Assembly: GCA_963828195.1 (NCBI GenBank)
Contig: CAWHDT010000005.1
Coordinates: forward strand, 768,001-832,000
Length of the DNA: 64,000 bases
Reading direction: 5' to 3'
DNA from: Candidatus Bathyarchaeota archaeon
GTDB taxonomy: Archaea > Thermoproteota > Bathyarchaeia > Bathyarchaeales > Bathycorpusculaceae
Below are positions 19,924 through 29,952 of this stretch, piece after piece. The notes beneath the pieces were generated by a model. It was not told the origin of the DNA. It was given only the letters and a program-made list of their open reading frames with translations, and did no database searches. Made by a program: the position numbers and the translations under genes. Every line of letters begins with the position of its first letter. Within the stretch, counting starts at the first letter, position 1.

Positions 19924-21297
19924 TTATGAGGACGCAAAATTTCTTAATTCTTTTATATTGTGTATTTCTATCGAGTTGCTCGCATGCTTAATTGTAGTTC
20001 TCATAGCTGCAGTGAACAAAACGGTTTCTTCATCCTCCACAAGATACATTTTGTGAAGTTGATTTGCAACTGCGGATATTTTGTCTTTCTCTTCCGTGTA
20101 GTTTATATAGACTGGATACACGCCGAATATTAGTTCCAGTTGTTTTTTAACTTTGATTTCAGGAGTGACGGCGATTATGGGTTGGGTAATCTTGAAGCGA
20201 GCTATCATCCGCGCCGTGTAGCCTGACCGCGTTAAAGGTATAACTTTGTAAATCGGCATACATTGGGTAATATCGCGGATTGCCCTGCTTACCGTGTCAG
20301 AAATGTTGATGTAAGGCGTTTCTTCAACGTTGCTTTTAACGGCTTTTTCATTTTCATTTGCTATGCGAGTCATCATTTCAACGGCTTCGACTGGATATTG
20401 ACCAACCGCGGTTTCTCCTGAAAGCATTATGGCGTCGGACCCGTCAAGTATAGCGTTCGCCACATCACTAACTTCAGCGCGGGTTGGATTTGGCTGATTA
20501 ATCATCGATTCCAGCATCTCAGTAGCGGTGACAACAAGCTTGCCCTTCTGATTACACAGTTTGATGAGAGCTTTCTGAACCAAAGGCACTTTTTCAGGTT
20601 CAATTTCAACGCCCAAATCACCTCTCGCAACCATTAACCCACTGGCCGCGTCTAAAATCTCTTTGACGTTTTGAACGCCCTCAAAATTCTCGATCTTAGC
20701 GATTATTCCGCCTTCAAACCCGTTGGCCTGGGACAGGTTTTTCACGTCCTCCGCGTTCCGTGTGAAGGAAAGTGCAACGTATTCGACGTCAAGTTTTTTT
20801 GCGAAACTTATAATCTCCAAGTCTTTTTCGGGAAAAGTTGGAACTGAAAGATGCTTATTGGGAATGTTAACTCCTTTGCCGTCTTCTATGACGCCGCCCT
20901 CCAAGGTCAAAAGCCGAAGTCTTCGCTCTTTCCTTTCAACCACTTGTGTCCTGATTTTACCATTATCGATGTATATCTCATCTTTAACCGATACTTCATC
21001 AAAAAAATCATGATTGAAACAGACTTCTTCCCCATCGAAGCCTACTTCAAAAACGTCTCCTTTGCTGACGACTTTTCGTTGAGATGCTCTAATTCTAATT
21101 TCTGGCCCTTTGATGTCAATTATTATGGGGATATCAGCAATTTCCCTCACACTTTCTATAATCGACTCGTATTGAGCGAGATTTCCATAAGCAGTATTTA
21201 TTCTTACCCCGTTCATTCCAGCTTGGAACATTTTTTGAATCGTTTCCTTTGAAGAGCTGGCTGGACCGACGGTGCAGATGATCTTTGTTTTCTTCAC
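19924..21297 (-). CDS. pyk: Pyruvate kinase
   Basis: KTKIICTVGPAS, DIKGPEIR, IIAKIEN, MVARGDLGVE, PTRAEVSDVANA, MLSGETAVG. Confidence 0.97.
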   Translation of the reverse strand: MKKTKIICTVGPASSSKETIQKMFQAGMNGVRINTAYGNLAQYESIIESVREIADIPIIIDIKGPEIRIRASQRKVVSKGDVFEVGFDGEEVCFNHDFFDEVSVKDEIYIDNGKIRTQVVERKERRLRLLTLEGGVIEDGKGVNIPNKHLSVPTFPEKDLEIISFAKKLDVEYVALSFTRNAEDVKNLSQANGFEGGIIAKIENFEGVQNVKEILDAASGLMVARGDLGVEIEPEKVPLVQKALIKLCNQKGKLVVTATEMLESMINQPNPTRAEVSDVANAILDGSDAIMLSGETAVGQYPVEAVEMMTRIANENEKAVKSNVEETPYINISDTVSRAIRDITQCMPIYKVIPLTRSGYTARMIARFKITQPIIAVTPEIKVKKQLELIFGVYPVYINYTEEKDKISAVANQLHKMYLVEDEETVLFTAAMRTTIKHASNSIEIHNIKELRNFASS

Positions 21298-21467
21298 TTA
21301 AACCTCTTCCTGCGCAAGCTAAAATGTGGGGACTCAAAGTTAAGGTTAACGGACTGACTAAGCCTGTTACTCGGTCGCTATGAAAACTCCGCGGTGTATT
21401 CACAATAAAACCTATATGGCACAAGCAACAAACAATAATTGTTCATTGTTTTAGGTGGTGTCCACTT

Positions 21468-21836
21468 TTGTCCAAAATAGCTGTAAGCAAAACTCAAATT
21501 GTTGAAAAAAAGAAAAACCTACTTAACAGCGTGTCCTTTGATAGCGGCTTCCATTTCTTCATAGATCTTGGAAGATACACGGGAATAACCGCGAATGGCA
21601 CCGTTGAGTTCGCCGAAAAAATCCAGATAATACCTGTTCAATCCGTCAATTTCCACTTCCGTCGGCAAGATTTCCAAAAATGGTTCCGAAACACTATCGG
21701 CGACGAAGAACTAGCCAAAAGAATCGACCTGATTAAAGCAGATTCGCAGGATGAACAATTGAGAAATGAGCTTTCTAAAACGGTTCAACTGCGCGTCGCT
21801 GAGTTGGCGAGAGATCAAATGCAGACTACTTACTGA
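21468..21836 (+). CDS. DUF5752-like protein
   Basis: GFHFFIDLGRYTGITA...SVNFHFRRQDFQKWFRNTIGDEELAKRI resembles DUF5752. Confidence 0.7.
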   Translation: MSKIAVSKTQIVEKKKNLLNSVSFDSGFHFFIDLGRYTGITANGTVEFAEKIQIIPVQSVNFHFRRQDFQKWFRNTIGDEELAKRIDLIKADSQDEQLRNELSKTVQLRVAELARDQMQTTY

Positions 21837-22082
21837 ATAGCCGCAGGCGTGAGCGAAGAATCCAATGGACCCATTAAAAAAAGGCAGTAATTGACTACTT
21901 TATCAATCCACGTGGGCTTTTCTTTAGAGACCTCGAGTTCCAGCCGAGCCCTCTTTCCTTTTTACCTTTCCATCTATTGCTAAAATGCAGGTGTGAACAT
22001 TACTTTGTTTTCAAAAGCCATTATGAAACGTTTTTCAAAGAGCTAACAAAAAAGAGGAAGGAAATGCTTTGTTTTTAAGGTT

Positions 22083-23204
22083 TTAAGTTGCTGCTAAGCC
22101 TGCTGCTGAGCCTGGAACCGAACTGACTGTGGTAACCTGCCATAAGCTTCCATCGCTGTATACTTTGAACCCTGTAATGCTGCCGCCGTTGAGTGCGTAT
22201 AGGTACTGGCTGTTTTTGCTGAATGCCAAGTCAAGTGTGGGTATGTTAAGTTTTGCTTCTAAGGAGCTTGTCAGGGTTAATGTGGCGGGTCCTGTGATTG
22301 AGAATGTCGATATGGTTCCTTCGTGTGCGTCAGAAGTGTAGACAAAGCCATTATTACTGATGGCTACCCAGCAGGGTGCTGCACCATAAGTAGGCATAGA
22401 ACCGCTGACAGTTCTCAGGTTCCCCTGGTCAGATAGAACATATGAAGTAAGCGTGCCGTCATACATGCCCAGACCGGCAGTACCAGTGCTACCTGCAGCT
22501 TCGCTAACGACTATAGTGTCGTAACCTGTGAAAGCAAATCCATAGGGTCCATCGCCAACGGAAGGATGAGTTGTCGGTGCACTGGCTACGCCCATTGAGT
22601 TTACTATGTATGTGTCGATGATGTTTGTGCCTTTTTCTGTAACAACCAGAACGTTTCCGTCGGGGTTGAATCCTATCTGCTCCGCTGAAGTACCAGATGC
22701 TGCACTCAGAGGTTGACTTGACCCAGCTAGGTAGCTTAATGTACCAGAATTGCTAAGCCAAAATCCAGCTATGTTTCCAGTTCCGCCAGCGTTCAGCACG
22801 TAAACCCAGTTGTTGCTGACAGTTAAGCTAACCGGCATAGATCCATGGGAACTCGTCTGACTCAAATAAGTTAACCAACCGTTAGACGCTACGCTGAAAA
22901 CTGAAATACTGTTGCTTCCCGCATTAACAACTAGTAAAAAGTCGCCATCGCTTGTTAAGGCTATTGATCCTTGGCTTGCAAGTGCTGCTCCTGTTCCCAT
23001 GCCATTTGTTGAGAAAGAGCTGACGTATGCTAATGATCCGTCAAAAGCTCGGCTATAGAACAGAACATGATTTCCTGCTGAAGCGTTATCCATCGTATAT
23101 ACGGCGCCGGCGTTTCCAAATCCTGCATTTACAAAGCTTGCCGCCACAATCATTGCTGAAACTGCAACTATAATGCTTAAAATTGCTAGAATTTTTCTTT
23201 TCAT
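22083..23204 (-). CDS. Secreted beta-propeller, lactonase (6-phosphogluconolactonase-like) family
   Basis: Signal peptide MKRKILAILSII; AVYTMDN, VVNAGSNSISVF, YVLNAGG, APCWV. Confidence 0.8.
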   Translation of the reverse strand: MKRKILAILSIIVAVSAMIVAASFVNAGFGNAGAVYTMDNASAGNHVLFYSRAFDGSLAYVSSFSTNGMGTGAALASQGSIALTSDGDFLLVVNAGSNSISVFSVASNGWLTYLSQTSSHGSMPVSLTVSNNWVYVLNAGGTGNIAGFWLSNSGTLSYLAGSSQPLSAASGTSAEQIGFNPDGNVLVVTEKGTNIIDTYIVNSMGVASAPTTHPSVGDGPYGFAFTGYDTIVVSEAAGSTGTAGLGMYDGTLTSYVLSDQGNLRTVSGSMPTYGAAPCWVAISNNGFVYTSDAHEGTISTFSITGPATLTLTSSLEAKLNIPTLDLAFSKNSQYLYALNGGSITGFKVYSDGSLWQVTTVSSVPGSAAGLAAT

Positions 23205-23389
23205 TAAAACACCACTCAACTCGATTAAACTTGAAACACTTAAGGAAATGTGGTAACTGCGAAACAGCAACAGATTCCCAGAAAAACCCCTCGGCTAAAA
23301 AGTTTTGTGGCGCTTGGTTAGACAGATTGATTAAGGGCTTCGAGAATTAGAAACCAAGCGCCAATTCGAAACAAAAAGGTAGGGTTGAT

Positions 23390-24922
23390 TTGGTTCCCAG
23401 CATTGAGTTCCTTGTAGCGGCGTTCCTGCTTGTAGCTTTCTTAGCGGCTCTGCTGTCAACAAGGCTCAAAATACCGTACACTTTAGTTTTGGTTTTAACA
23501 GGCGTTATTATCACCGTGGTCGCGTCTTCTTTTACTCTGCAAGGCGGGTCTTTCGAGAGCCTGATTTCCCAATTAAGATCACTCAGCGCCCAACTTCTCC
23601 AAGGCGGCGGAGGCGGACTTTTCGTAGGCGTCGTTGTCCCCCCTTTGATTTTTGAGGCGATGATTCACCTTCGCGCCAGCGATCTGCGGGCTGTAATTAA
23701 GCCGTCGTTGGCGCTTGCAACGGTAGGTGTATTGATAGCCACTGGGGTCGGCGGACTTATCCTATGGAGGATTGTCGGTCTTTCACCGACTGTTTCTTTT
23801 CTTTTTGCCGCATTAATAGCCCCCACCGACACAGTTACGGTTTTGGAGATTTTCCGACGGGTCAAAGTTCCATCCCAATTAAGTACGCTGCTTGACACTG
23901 AAGCAGCCTTCAACGATGCGACAGGCATTGTCCTGTTCACCATAATACTTTCAACTGTCACTCTTCAAAAAGTAGCGATCTCCCAGACAGTACTCAACTT
24001 CAGCTTCACCCTTGGCGCAGGCGTCTTAATCGGGTTAGCTGTCGCATTTTTGGGTGAAGTGCTAACGAGCTTGATAGCGGACAGAGTGGCTGAAACCATC
24101 TTAGCGGTTGCAGTGGTGTACGGGTCATACGCGTTAGCAACAGGAATAGGAGCGTCAGGGCTGATAGCTGTCGCCGTTGCAGGCTTGTACTTTGGCAACT
24201 TCACGATGCGCTCCGCCATGGAACCTGCCTCAAAAGAAGCAGTGACGACATTTTGGCAGATCGCGGCTTTCCTGGGAAACTCGGTAGCGTTTCTTATCAT
24301 CGGTTTAGATACAAACATCATCACTCTGTCGCAATCAATTCTGCTCATTGTAACTGCATATGCTGCTGTAACCATAGCCAGAGCCGCCACAGTATACCCA
24401 ATCCTCGCAGTTTTCAACAAAATCGGAGACAAAATATCCGTTGTTTGGCGCAACATCGCTATGCTCGGCGGAGTCCGAGGAGCTTTATCCATTGCGCTCG
24501 TCGCCACAATAACCGCTTCAGCAGTAGTTTCCAAAGCGGATATAAACACTATAAACACGATGGTGCTTGGAGTTGCCTTCATATCAATCATGTTCCAAGT
24601 GCCTTTGCTTTTCCGCTATGTAAAGAAAAAAATACCTCAAACCGTCGGCACACCAGAAACAGAAATTGACGAACAATTCGAATTGATTGCCGCACATATG
24701 GAGGAAATAAGAAAACTGAAATCAGAAGGCAAAATATCAAACGAGGAATTCACAAAAAAAATCGAAGAAAACAAAAAGAAACTAGACGAGCTGATCGCAA
24801 CCTCCCCCATCACGGTGGAAACAAGAAAAATTATCCGCGCAAGAGCTTCTGCATTATATAATTCTTTCCCAAAAAGACCAAAACGCAAAACAGAAGAAAA
24901 AGACAAAAACAAAGAGACATAA
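23390..24922 (+). CDS. Na+/H+ antiporter, CPA1/NhaP family
   Basis: PPLIFEA, APTDTVTV, EAAFNDATG, GGVRGALSIAL. Confidence 0.9.
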   Translation: MVPSIEFLVAAFLLVAFLAALLSTRLKIPYTLVLVLTGVIITVVASSFTLQGGSFESLISQLRSLSAQLLQGGGGGLFVGVVVPPLIFEAMIHLRASDLRAVIKPSLALATVGVLIATGVGGLILWRIVGLSPTVSFLFAALIAPTDTVTVLEIFRRVKVPSQLSTLLDTEAAFNDATGIVLFTIILSTVTLQKVAISQTVLNFSFTLGAGVLIGLAVAFLGEVLTSLIADRVAETILAVAVVYGSYALATGIGASGLIAVAVAGLYFGNFTMRSAMEPASKEAVTTFWQIAAFLGNSVAFLIIGLDTNIITLSQSILLIVTAYAAVTIARAATVYPILAVFNKIGDKISVVWRNIAMLGGVRGALSIALVATITASAVVSKADINTINTMVLGVAFISIMFQVPLLFRYVKKKIPQTVGTPETEIDEQFELIAAHMEEIRKLKSEGKISNEEFTKKIEENKKKLDELIATSPITVETRKIIRARASALYNSFPKRPKRKTEEKDKNKET

Positions 24923-24970
24923 ACCAAAAACTTTTAACGCCTATTTATTCAGTGTTTAAGTAGTGATTTT

Positions 24971-25840
24971 ATGTCTTCTTTTGAGTCAATAGATGTTAAC
25001 GGCGTTAAGCTGGGTTTTGTCGAGAAAGGAACTGGGGCGCCAGTGATTCTTATTCATGGAATTCCGACAGATTACAGAGCGTGGGCGAATCAAATGGATG
25101 TTCTGTCGAAAAGTTTCAGGACATTAAGTTACAGCAGACGATGTGCCTACCCTAACCAAAATAAAGATTGCACAAGCAGCACAATCGAAAACAACGCCGA
25201 AGACCTTGGCAAATTCATTGCTCTAAAGGAAGCTGAACCTGCACATTTGATCGGGCACTCATATGGCGCATTCGTCGCGCTCTACTACGCATATAAGCAT
25301 CCTGACACTGTTCGCAGTCTGATCCTAGTTGAACCTTACGTGCCCACTCTGATTGTTAAAGACCCACAAAACCGCGGTGAAATATTGGAACTGCTGCTAA
25401 GAAAACCCTCTGTTGCACTTGCAGCACAAAACTTCTTAAATAAATCACTCAATCCAGCACTAAAATATCTCGATCAGGGAAACCAAGAAAAAGCAGTTGA
25501 AGCATTTCTAGACGGCGTTCAAGGGAGACCAAACTCGATAAGCCAACTTACCGACCCAATTAAATCGATGATGCTAAATAATGCAGAAACGATTAAGGAA
25601 TTGACTTTGAAGCCGCCTCCATTTACGAAAAAAGAAGCAAACGCAATCGCCATGCCAACGCTACTGATCAGCGGAGAGAACACTGTGAAAGCTCTGTCGG
25701 CAATTGCAGAGGAAGTTTCAAAAAACATTCCCAAAATTCAAGTGGCGAAAATTCCGAGTTCGGCGCATTTTCCGCATTTTGAAAACCCAGACGCTACAAA
25801 TGCTGCAATAATAAAATTTCTCTCTATGAAGACAACATAA
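24971..25840 (+). CDS. Alpha/beta hydrolase
   Basis: LIHG, GHSYGA nucleophile elbow, AHFPHFENP. Confidence 0.9.
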   Translation: MSSFESIDVNGVKLGFVEKGTGAPVILIHGIPTDYRAWANQMDVLSKSFRTLSYSRRCAYPNQNKDCTSSTIENNAEDLGKFIALKEAEPAHLIGHSYGAFVALYYAYKHPDTVRSLILVEPYVPTLIVKDPQNRGEILELLLRKPSVALAAQNFLNKSLNPALKYLDQGNQEKAVEAFLDGVQGRPNSISQLTDPIKSMMLNNAETIKELTLKPPPFTKKEANAIAMPTLLISGENTVKALSAIAEEVSKNIPKIQVAKIPSSAHFPHFENPDATNAAIIKFLSMKTT

Positions 25841-25899
25841 AAACAAAGCGGCGCACTGCGCGGATAAGTTAGCGCAATTTGTCGCTAGTTTTTCCTATC

Positions 25900-26568
25900 T
25901 TATGAAACTGTTGCATTATTTGGGTAGCCTCTGCTTTCCCAATAGCCCAAGTAGCTTGTGTCGTTTGACACCTCGATTTCTGTTATCCACTTAATCCATT
26001 TGTATCCATATTGACCTTGGGCAACAAGCATGAAAGGCCACCCTAAATCGGGGGTAAGAGTAACATTGTTCATTTTGAAAGCAATCATTATGTTGTTTTG
26101 AATTATGTAGCTCATAGGAAGCGCCGTCGTGTACCCGTCAGAAGCGTGGAAAATAACCACCGTCGCGTTTGGGCTGGCTCCAGCTTCCTGCAGCAAATCG
26201 TTTACCAAAATCCCCGTCCAAAGAATGGTCGCGCTCCAGCCTTCAACGCAGTGAATGGTCACAACCTGCTGGTACACCTGGTAATTGTTCACCAACTCGT
26301 CGTAGCTGCTTTGAACCGTTTGGTTCACAAGCCCCGTGACGGTTAACCTGTAGGCCGTCTGGTTCAGGTACTGCGTCCCCTTGACTGTATTTTCATAAAC
26401 GCTGCTGATTGACGACAGATTTCGACCCTGATACTGACGGAGCTGTGTAGGATACGATATTGTGGGCGGAGATACAAAGGAGGATTCAGCGACCAACCCA
26501 ACAACTACAATAGCAATCAGTATGCACGTAGCGTAAAACAGTGACTTGTGAGCTTTTATTTTCTCCAT
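25900..26568 (-). CDS. Membrane-anchored molybdopterin-dependent oxidoreductase (sulfite oxidase/MsrP-like)
   Basis: IHCVEGWS, DGYTTALP, YGYKWIKWITEIE, GYWESRGY. Confidence 0.85.
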   Translation of the reverse strand: MEKIKAHKSLFYATCILIAIVVVGLVAESSFVSPPTISYPTQLRQYQGRNLSSISSVYENTVKGTQYLNQTAYRLTVTGLVNQTVQSSYDELVNNYQVYQQVVTIHCVEGWSATILWTGILVNDLLQEAGASPNATVVIFHASDGYTTALPMSYIIQNNIMIAFKMNNVTLTPDLGWPFMLVAQGQYGYKWIKWITEIEVSNDTSYLGYWESRGYPNNATVS

Positions 26569-26703
26569 TCTTTCTACCTGTGAAAAGAAATTAGCGCCCG
26601 CGTTTTTAGAATCCTGCGATAGAAAAGACGCTTGAAATCTACCTTTTCAATGACCAATCTTGCTTAAAATGGTTGTGCACCCGAATTCTTGTTGCATTGT
26701 CGT

Positions 26704-26937
26704 TTAGCTGTTGGAGTTAGAAAAACCAGTTAAATGAAGCTCACTTGAACACTTGTTGCAGCGAACCACCAGTTCCTCCAAGCCCTGATTATTCACTTTT
26801 GCTTCTAGAATATAGTAAGCCTCTTCTGTGCAATCGTCAGGGGAAATTGAGGTTCCGCATTCTGGACATTTGAAATCTCCGTTCTCGCCTGTTTGGGTCA
26901 AATCCATTATGTACACCGTTGTTTGCTTCACCCTCAT
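26704..26937 (-). CDS. Small Zn-ribbon protein
   Basis: GDFKCPECGTSISPDD...CNKCSSELHLTGF. Confidence 0.7.
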   Translation of the reverse strand: MRVKQTTVYIMDLTQTGENGDFKCPECGTSISPDDCTEEAYYILEAKVNNQGLEELVVRCNKCSSELHLTGFSNSNS

Positions 26938-27411
26938 GCATCCTTTCCCTCGTTTTGGTTTTCAACCACCATTAAGAGTAAAAACTATTAATCGATTTTC
27001 CATATTTACACACAAATCTCTACCAGATTCCCTCCAGATGGCAAAAGACTCGAAAGGCAAAAAAATGGTTAACCGAATTCAGCTTACAAGTCCGCAACTT
27101 AGCTTCACCCTTAACTTAATTGAATCATTTATGGCATCTGAAGAGCCTGTGTGAAAACCTGTTATAAGTCTCGACAAATTAGCATCTTGGCTTAATTGCT
27201 CTTTTACCGCAATCAGCTGTATGTTAATTCTTGGATTGTTTGGAAGAAGAAGAAAAACGATTCTTCCAAGCTTCTTCTTTTAAAAAAAAATATAGCGCGC
27301 GCTGCAGAATTTTCGCGCTGGCCAGTAGACACAAATGTAGTTGAGAGTAGACTGAGAGAGACCGCAAACCCGACTGCTGAGGCAAAAACCAGCTAAAAAC
27401 CGACCAGCGAT

Positions 27412-28185
27412 TTACAGCATATTAAAATAAGATAAACTTTGAGAAGAGTTTGCTGAGATGCCGGTTAAAAAAGCGTTTCCAATCACCATCATGTTCTGGG
27501 AAATGTCTACGTTTTCAGCGCTTACCTTATGCGAGGTCAAGACCATATGGAAGTCGTGTCCTAAAGTGTTCGGGTACAGCGCTGTCCAAACAAGTTTTCC
27601 GTCAACATAGAAATCCACTACGTGTCCGAGGCTTAAGTAGACGGCTTTGAAGCTGTGCTGCGTCAGCTCCGACGATTTAAGCGCGAGCACTGGTTGCCAA
27701 ACGAAAAATCCAGGTATTTGCGGAGATTGAATGTAAGCGTACCATGTGTTGCCTGTTTCGGGAAGAACAAAGCCAAATTCGTCTCCCTTGTATTTTGTTG
27801 TGTCGTCGGCTGCAAAAATGGCAAATTGATCTTGCCCTGTGTTTGAGATTTATTTGATGCTGGTTGTTACTTGAGCACTTAGAACTAAGGCTCCGTCGGC
27901 TTGTATGGCGGTGTAGGATGCTATGTCTTGGTACATGTCTGTTCTGTTGCTGCCGCAAAAAATTGCCGAGTTGTCGCTCATTGAGGGCGGGGTGCCATTT
28001 GTGTTGTAAACGTTGAAAATGCCTGGGTTGTTTGCTGCCAAAACAATCCGGTTGACAACGTTTTGCACCTCAACTTGCGGAGACGCTTCTGTCGTATAAT
28101 AGCTTAGGATGGGTTGAGCTACCGCTATAAAAGCGATTGCTAAAGCTAGGGCTATTAAGAATCCCCCTCGAACTCTCCCTGACAT
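27412..28185 (-). pseudogene. Secreted ConA/LamG-like protein interrupted by in-frame TAA at 27850-27852
   Basis: Signal peptide. The same frame continues past the stop (TSIK*ISNTGQDQFAIFAADD...EFGFVLP...WYAYIQ...VDFYVDGKLVW) to 27412. Confidence 0.7.
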
Positions 28186-28606
28186 TGTTAGTAAGCGTTG
28201 ATTTCCGATTCAACCTATAACACTTGCGGATAAAAAGTAAAAACTCAGTTACCCAATTAGAAATGGAGCTGACAAAAAATCTTCGGGAAAAGCAAGTAAA
28301 TAAATTGCTCCCCACATCTATTTTGTTGCCTCTCCAAAAATGAGCACCCATAATGACGGACTCAACAGAGGAACGCAAGAAACACAAATCTTGCACCTAT
28401 GACGATAGAGTTTTACCCAATTATGGAACAGGGGAGGCACGGGCGAAAAAAAGTCCCACGCCGAGAGAACTTGACCAAGCTAAAAGCAACGCTCAGCTAT
28501 GCGGTTAAGTGTTAGGTTACGTGGGAGACAAACAGCCCGCAAAAAAGTTTAGAAAAAAATGATAATAAAAAAAGGTTTGGTTTTTGTTTTAACTATTTGG
28601 TTTGTT

Positions 28607-29725
28607 TTAACCCGTTGATAGATGTTGCCCGTTAAAGGTGATTGATTGGATTGTGGCTTCATCTATTTGAACTACGTTAGATGGTAGAGCTACGTATTCT
28701 AAGCTGGGTGAAAGACTTTGTCCGTCATGTATAACCCACCAGAGAAATTGAACAACTGCTGTCGCCTGAGCTTGAGTCATACCCGGCACCACATCAAGTT
28801 CCTGATAAACCAGCAAATACGTGAAACTAACTATGGGGTACGCTTGCGGCTCTTGAGCATTAAGGAGGTTGACGTTTGCCCAGCTTTGATCACCAGCAGG
28901 CAAACCGCTTGAGGCAACTGCTTCCACAGCATCCTGTATAGAACTAAGAGATGGCAAAACCCAATTCCCAGCGGGATTCTGAACTGCAGCAACGGTCATG
29001 TTGTTCTGAAGTGCATAAGCGAGTTCAACGTATCCGACCATATATGGGGTTCCTTGCACAACTGAGGCAACTCCAGGGTTCCCTTGTGCACCGATTCCTA
29101 CTGGCCACGCCACTGTTTTGCCCTGTCCAATTGAACTGTTCCATTCACTGCTTGAGGCACTTAGGTATCCAGTGAAAATAAAAGTTGTTCCTGACCCGTC
29201 AGAGCGGTGAACTATCTGTATAGGTTGAGCTGGAAGCGAAGTGTTTGCGTTCAAGCTTTGAATTTCAGGATCATTCCACATAGTCACTATGCCTTGAAAG
29301 ATGTCGGCGATGACTTTACCTGTAAGGTTCAGACCAGTTGGGACACCGGGCAGGTTGTATGCAATTGTGACTGCTCCGATGGTTTCAGGGATGTGTAGCG
29401 CGTTTGGAGCTTGCGCCATCTCTGCGGCGTTTAATGGTGCATCTGACGCGGCGAAATCTACTGTTTTACTTTCAAAATCGGTTACGCCTGTTCCGCTGCC
29501 TACACCGTCGTAATTGATTTGTACCTCTGGCTTAACCTGAGTAGTGTATTGGTTTATCATGGCTGTAAGGAGAGGTTGAGGAAAGGTTGCTCCGGCAGCA
29601 TTTAATGTTATAGTTTTTTGGGAAGAGTTTGATGGTGGCTGGCTTAAGAGGCCGCTTGCCAAGGCACTGACGATTATGACAACGGTTGCGAGAACGGCTA
29701 TACAGATTATGTATTTAGATTTCAT
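28607..29725 (-). CDS. pstS: Phosphate ABC transporter substrate-binding protein
   Basis: AAGATFPQPL, GVGSGTG, VDFAASDAPL, HRSDGSGTTFIFT, GYVELAYA, AYPIVSFTY. Confidence 0.95.
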   Translation of the reverse strand: MKSKYIICIAVLATVVIIVSALASGLLSQPPSNSSQKTITLNAAGATFPQPLLTAMINQYTTQVKPEVQINYDGVGSGTGVTDFESKTVDFAASDAPLNAAEMAQAPNALHIPETIGAVTIAYNLPGVPTGLNLTGKVIADIFQGIVTMWNDPEIQSLNANTSLPAQPIQIVHRSDGSGTTFIFTGYLSASSSEWNSSIGQGKTVAWPVGIGAQGNPGVASVVQGTPYMVGYVELAYALQNNMTVAAVQNPAGNWVLPSLSSIQDAVEAVASSGLPAGDQSWANVNLLNAQEPQAYPIVSFTYLLVYQELDVVPGMTQAQATAVVQFLWWVIHDGQSLSPSLEYVALPSNVVQIDEATIQSITFNGQHLSTG

Positions 29726-29840
29726 TATTTTTACATCCTATAGTGAAACCTTAATACTGATGACATGTTATTCACTTGCATAAGAAACTTGTCTATATAA
29801 ACTAAATTAACTTAGTGTATTCTAACTTCATCCCGAAAAT

Positions 29841-29862
29841 ATGAATCAAAAATTTGGTTCAT
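29841..29862. promoter_or_regulatory. Imperfect palindrome, candidate operator
   Basis: ATGAATCAAA-AA-TTTGGTTCAT (one mismatch) in the divergent pstS/kinase intergenic region. Confidence 0.35.
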
Positions 29863-29952
29863 GAAAGCATAAACAGTTAATATTCAAATTGAATAGTCAA
29901 TTCTGAATCATTTGCTGCTATACCTCAAATATACAGTTCACAGGGATCGGAA

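Noticed and set aside
23965-24591. 208-aa antisense ORF and other shadow ORFs in the track
   Set aside because: They lie opposite or within well-supported genes and have no recognisable motifs.
27677-27958. 93-aa ORF as the middle piece of a frameshifted gene
   Set aside because: It is in a different frame; the real continuation is in frame past a single TAA, so no frameshift is needed.
28353-28508. Possible 51-aa ORF (MTDSTEERKKHKSC...)
   Set aside because: No motif, no clear SD and no other support.
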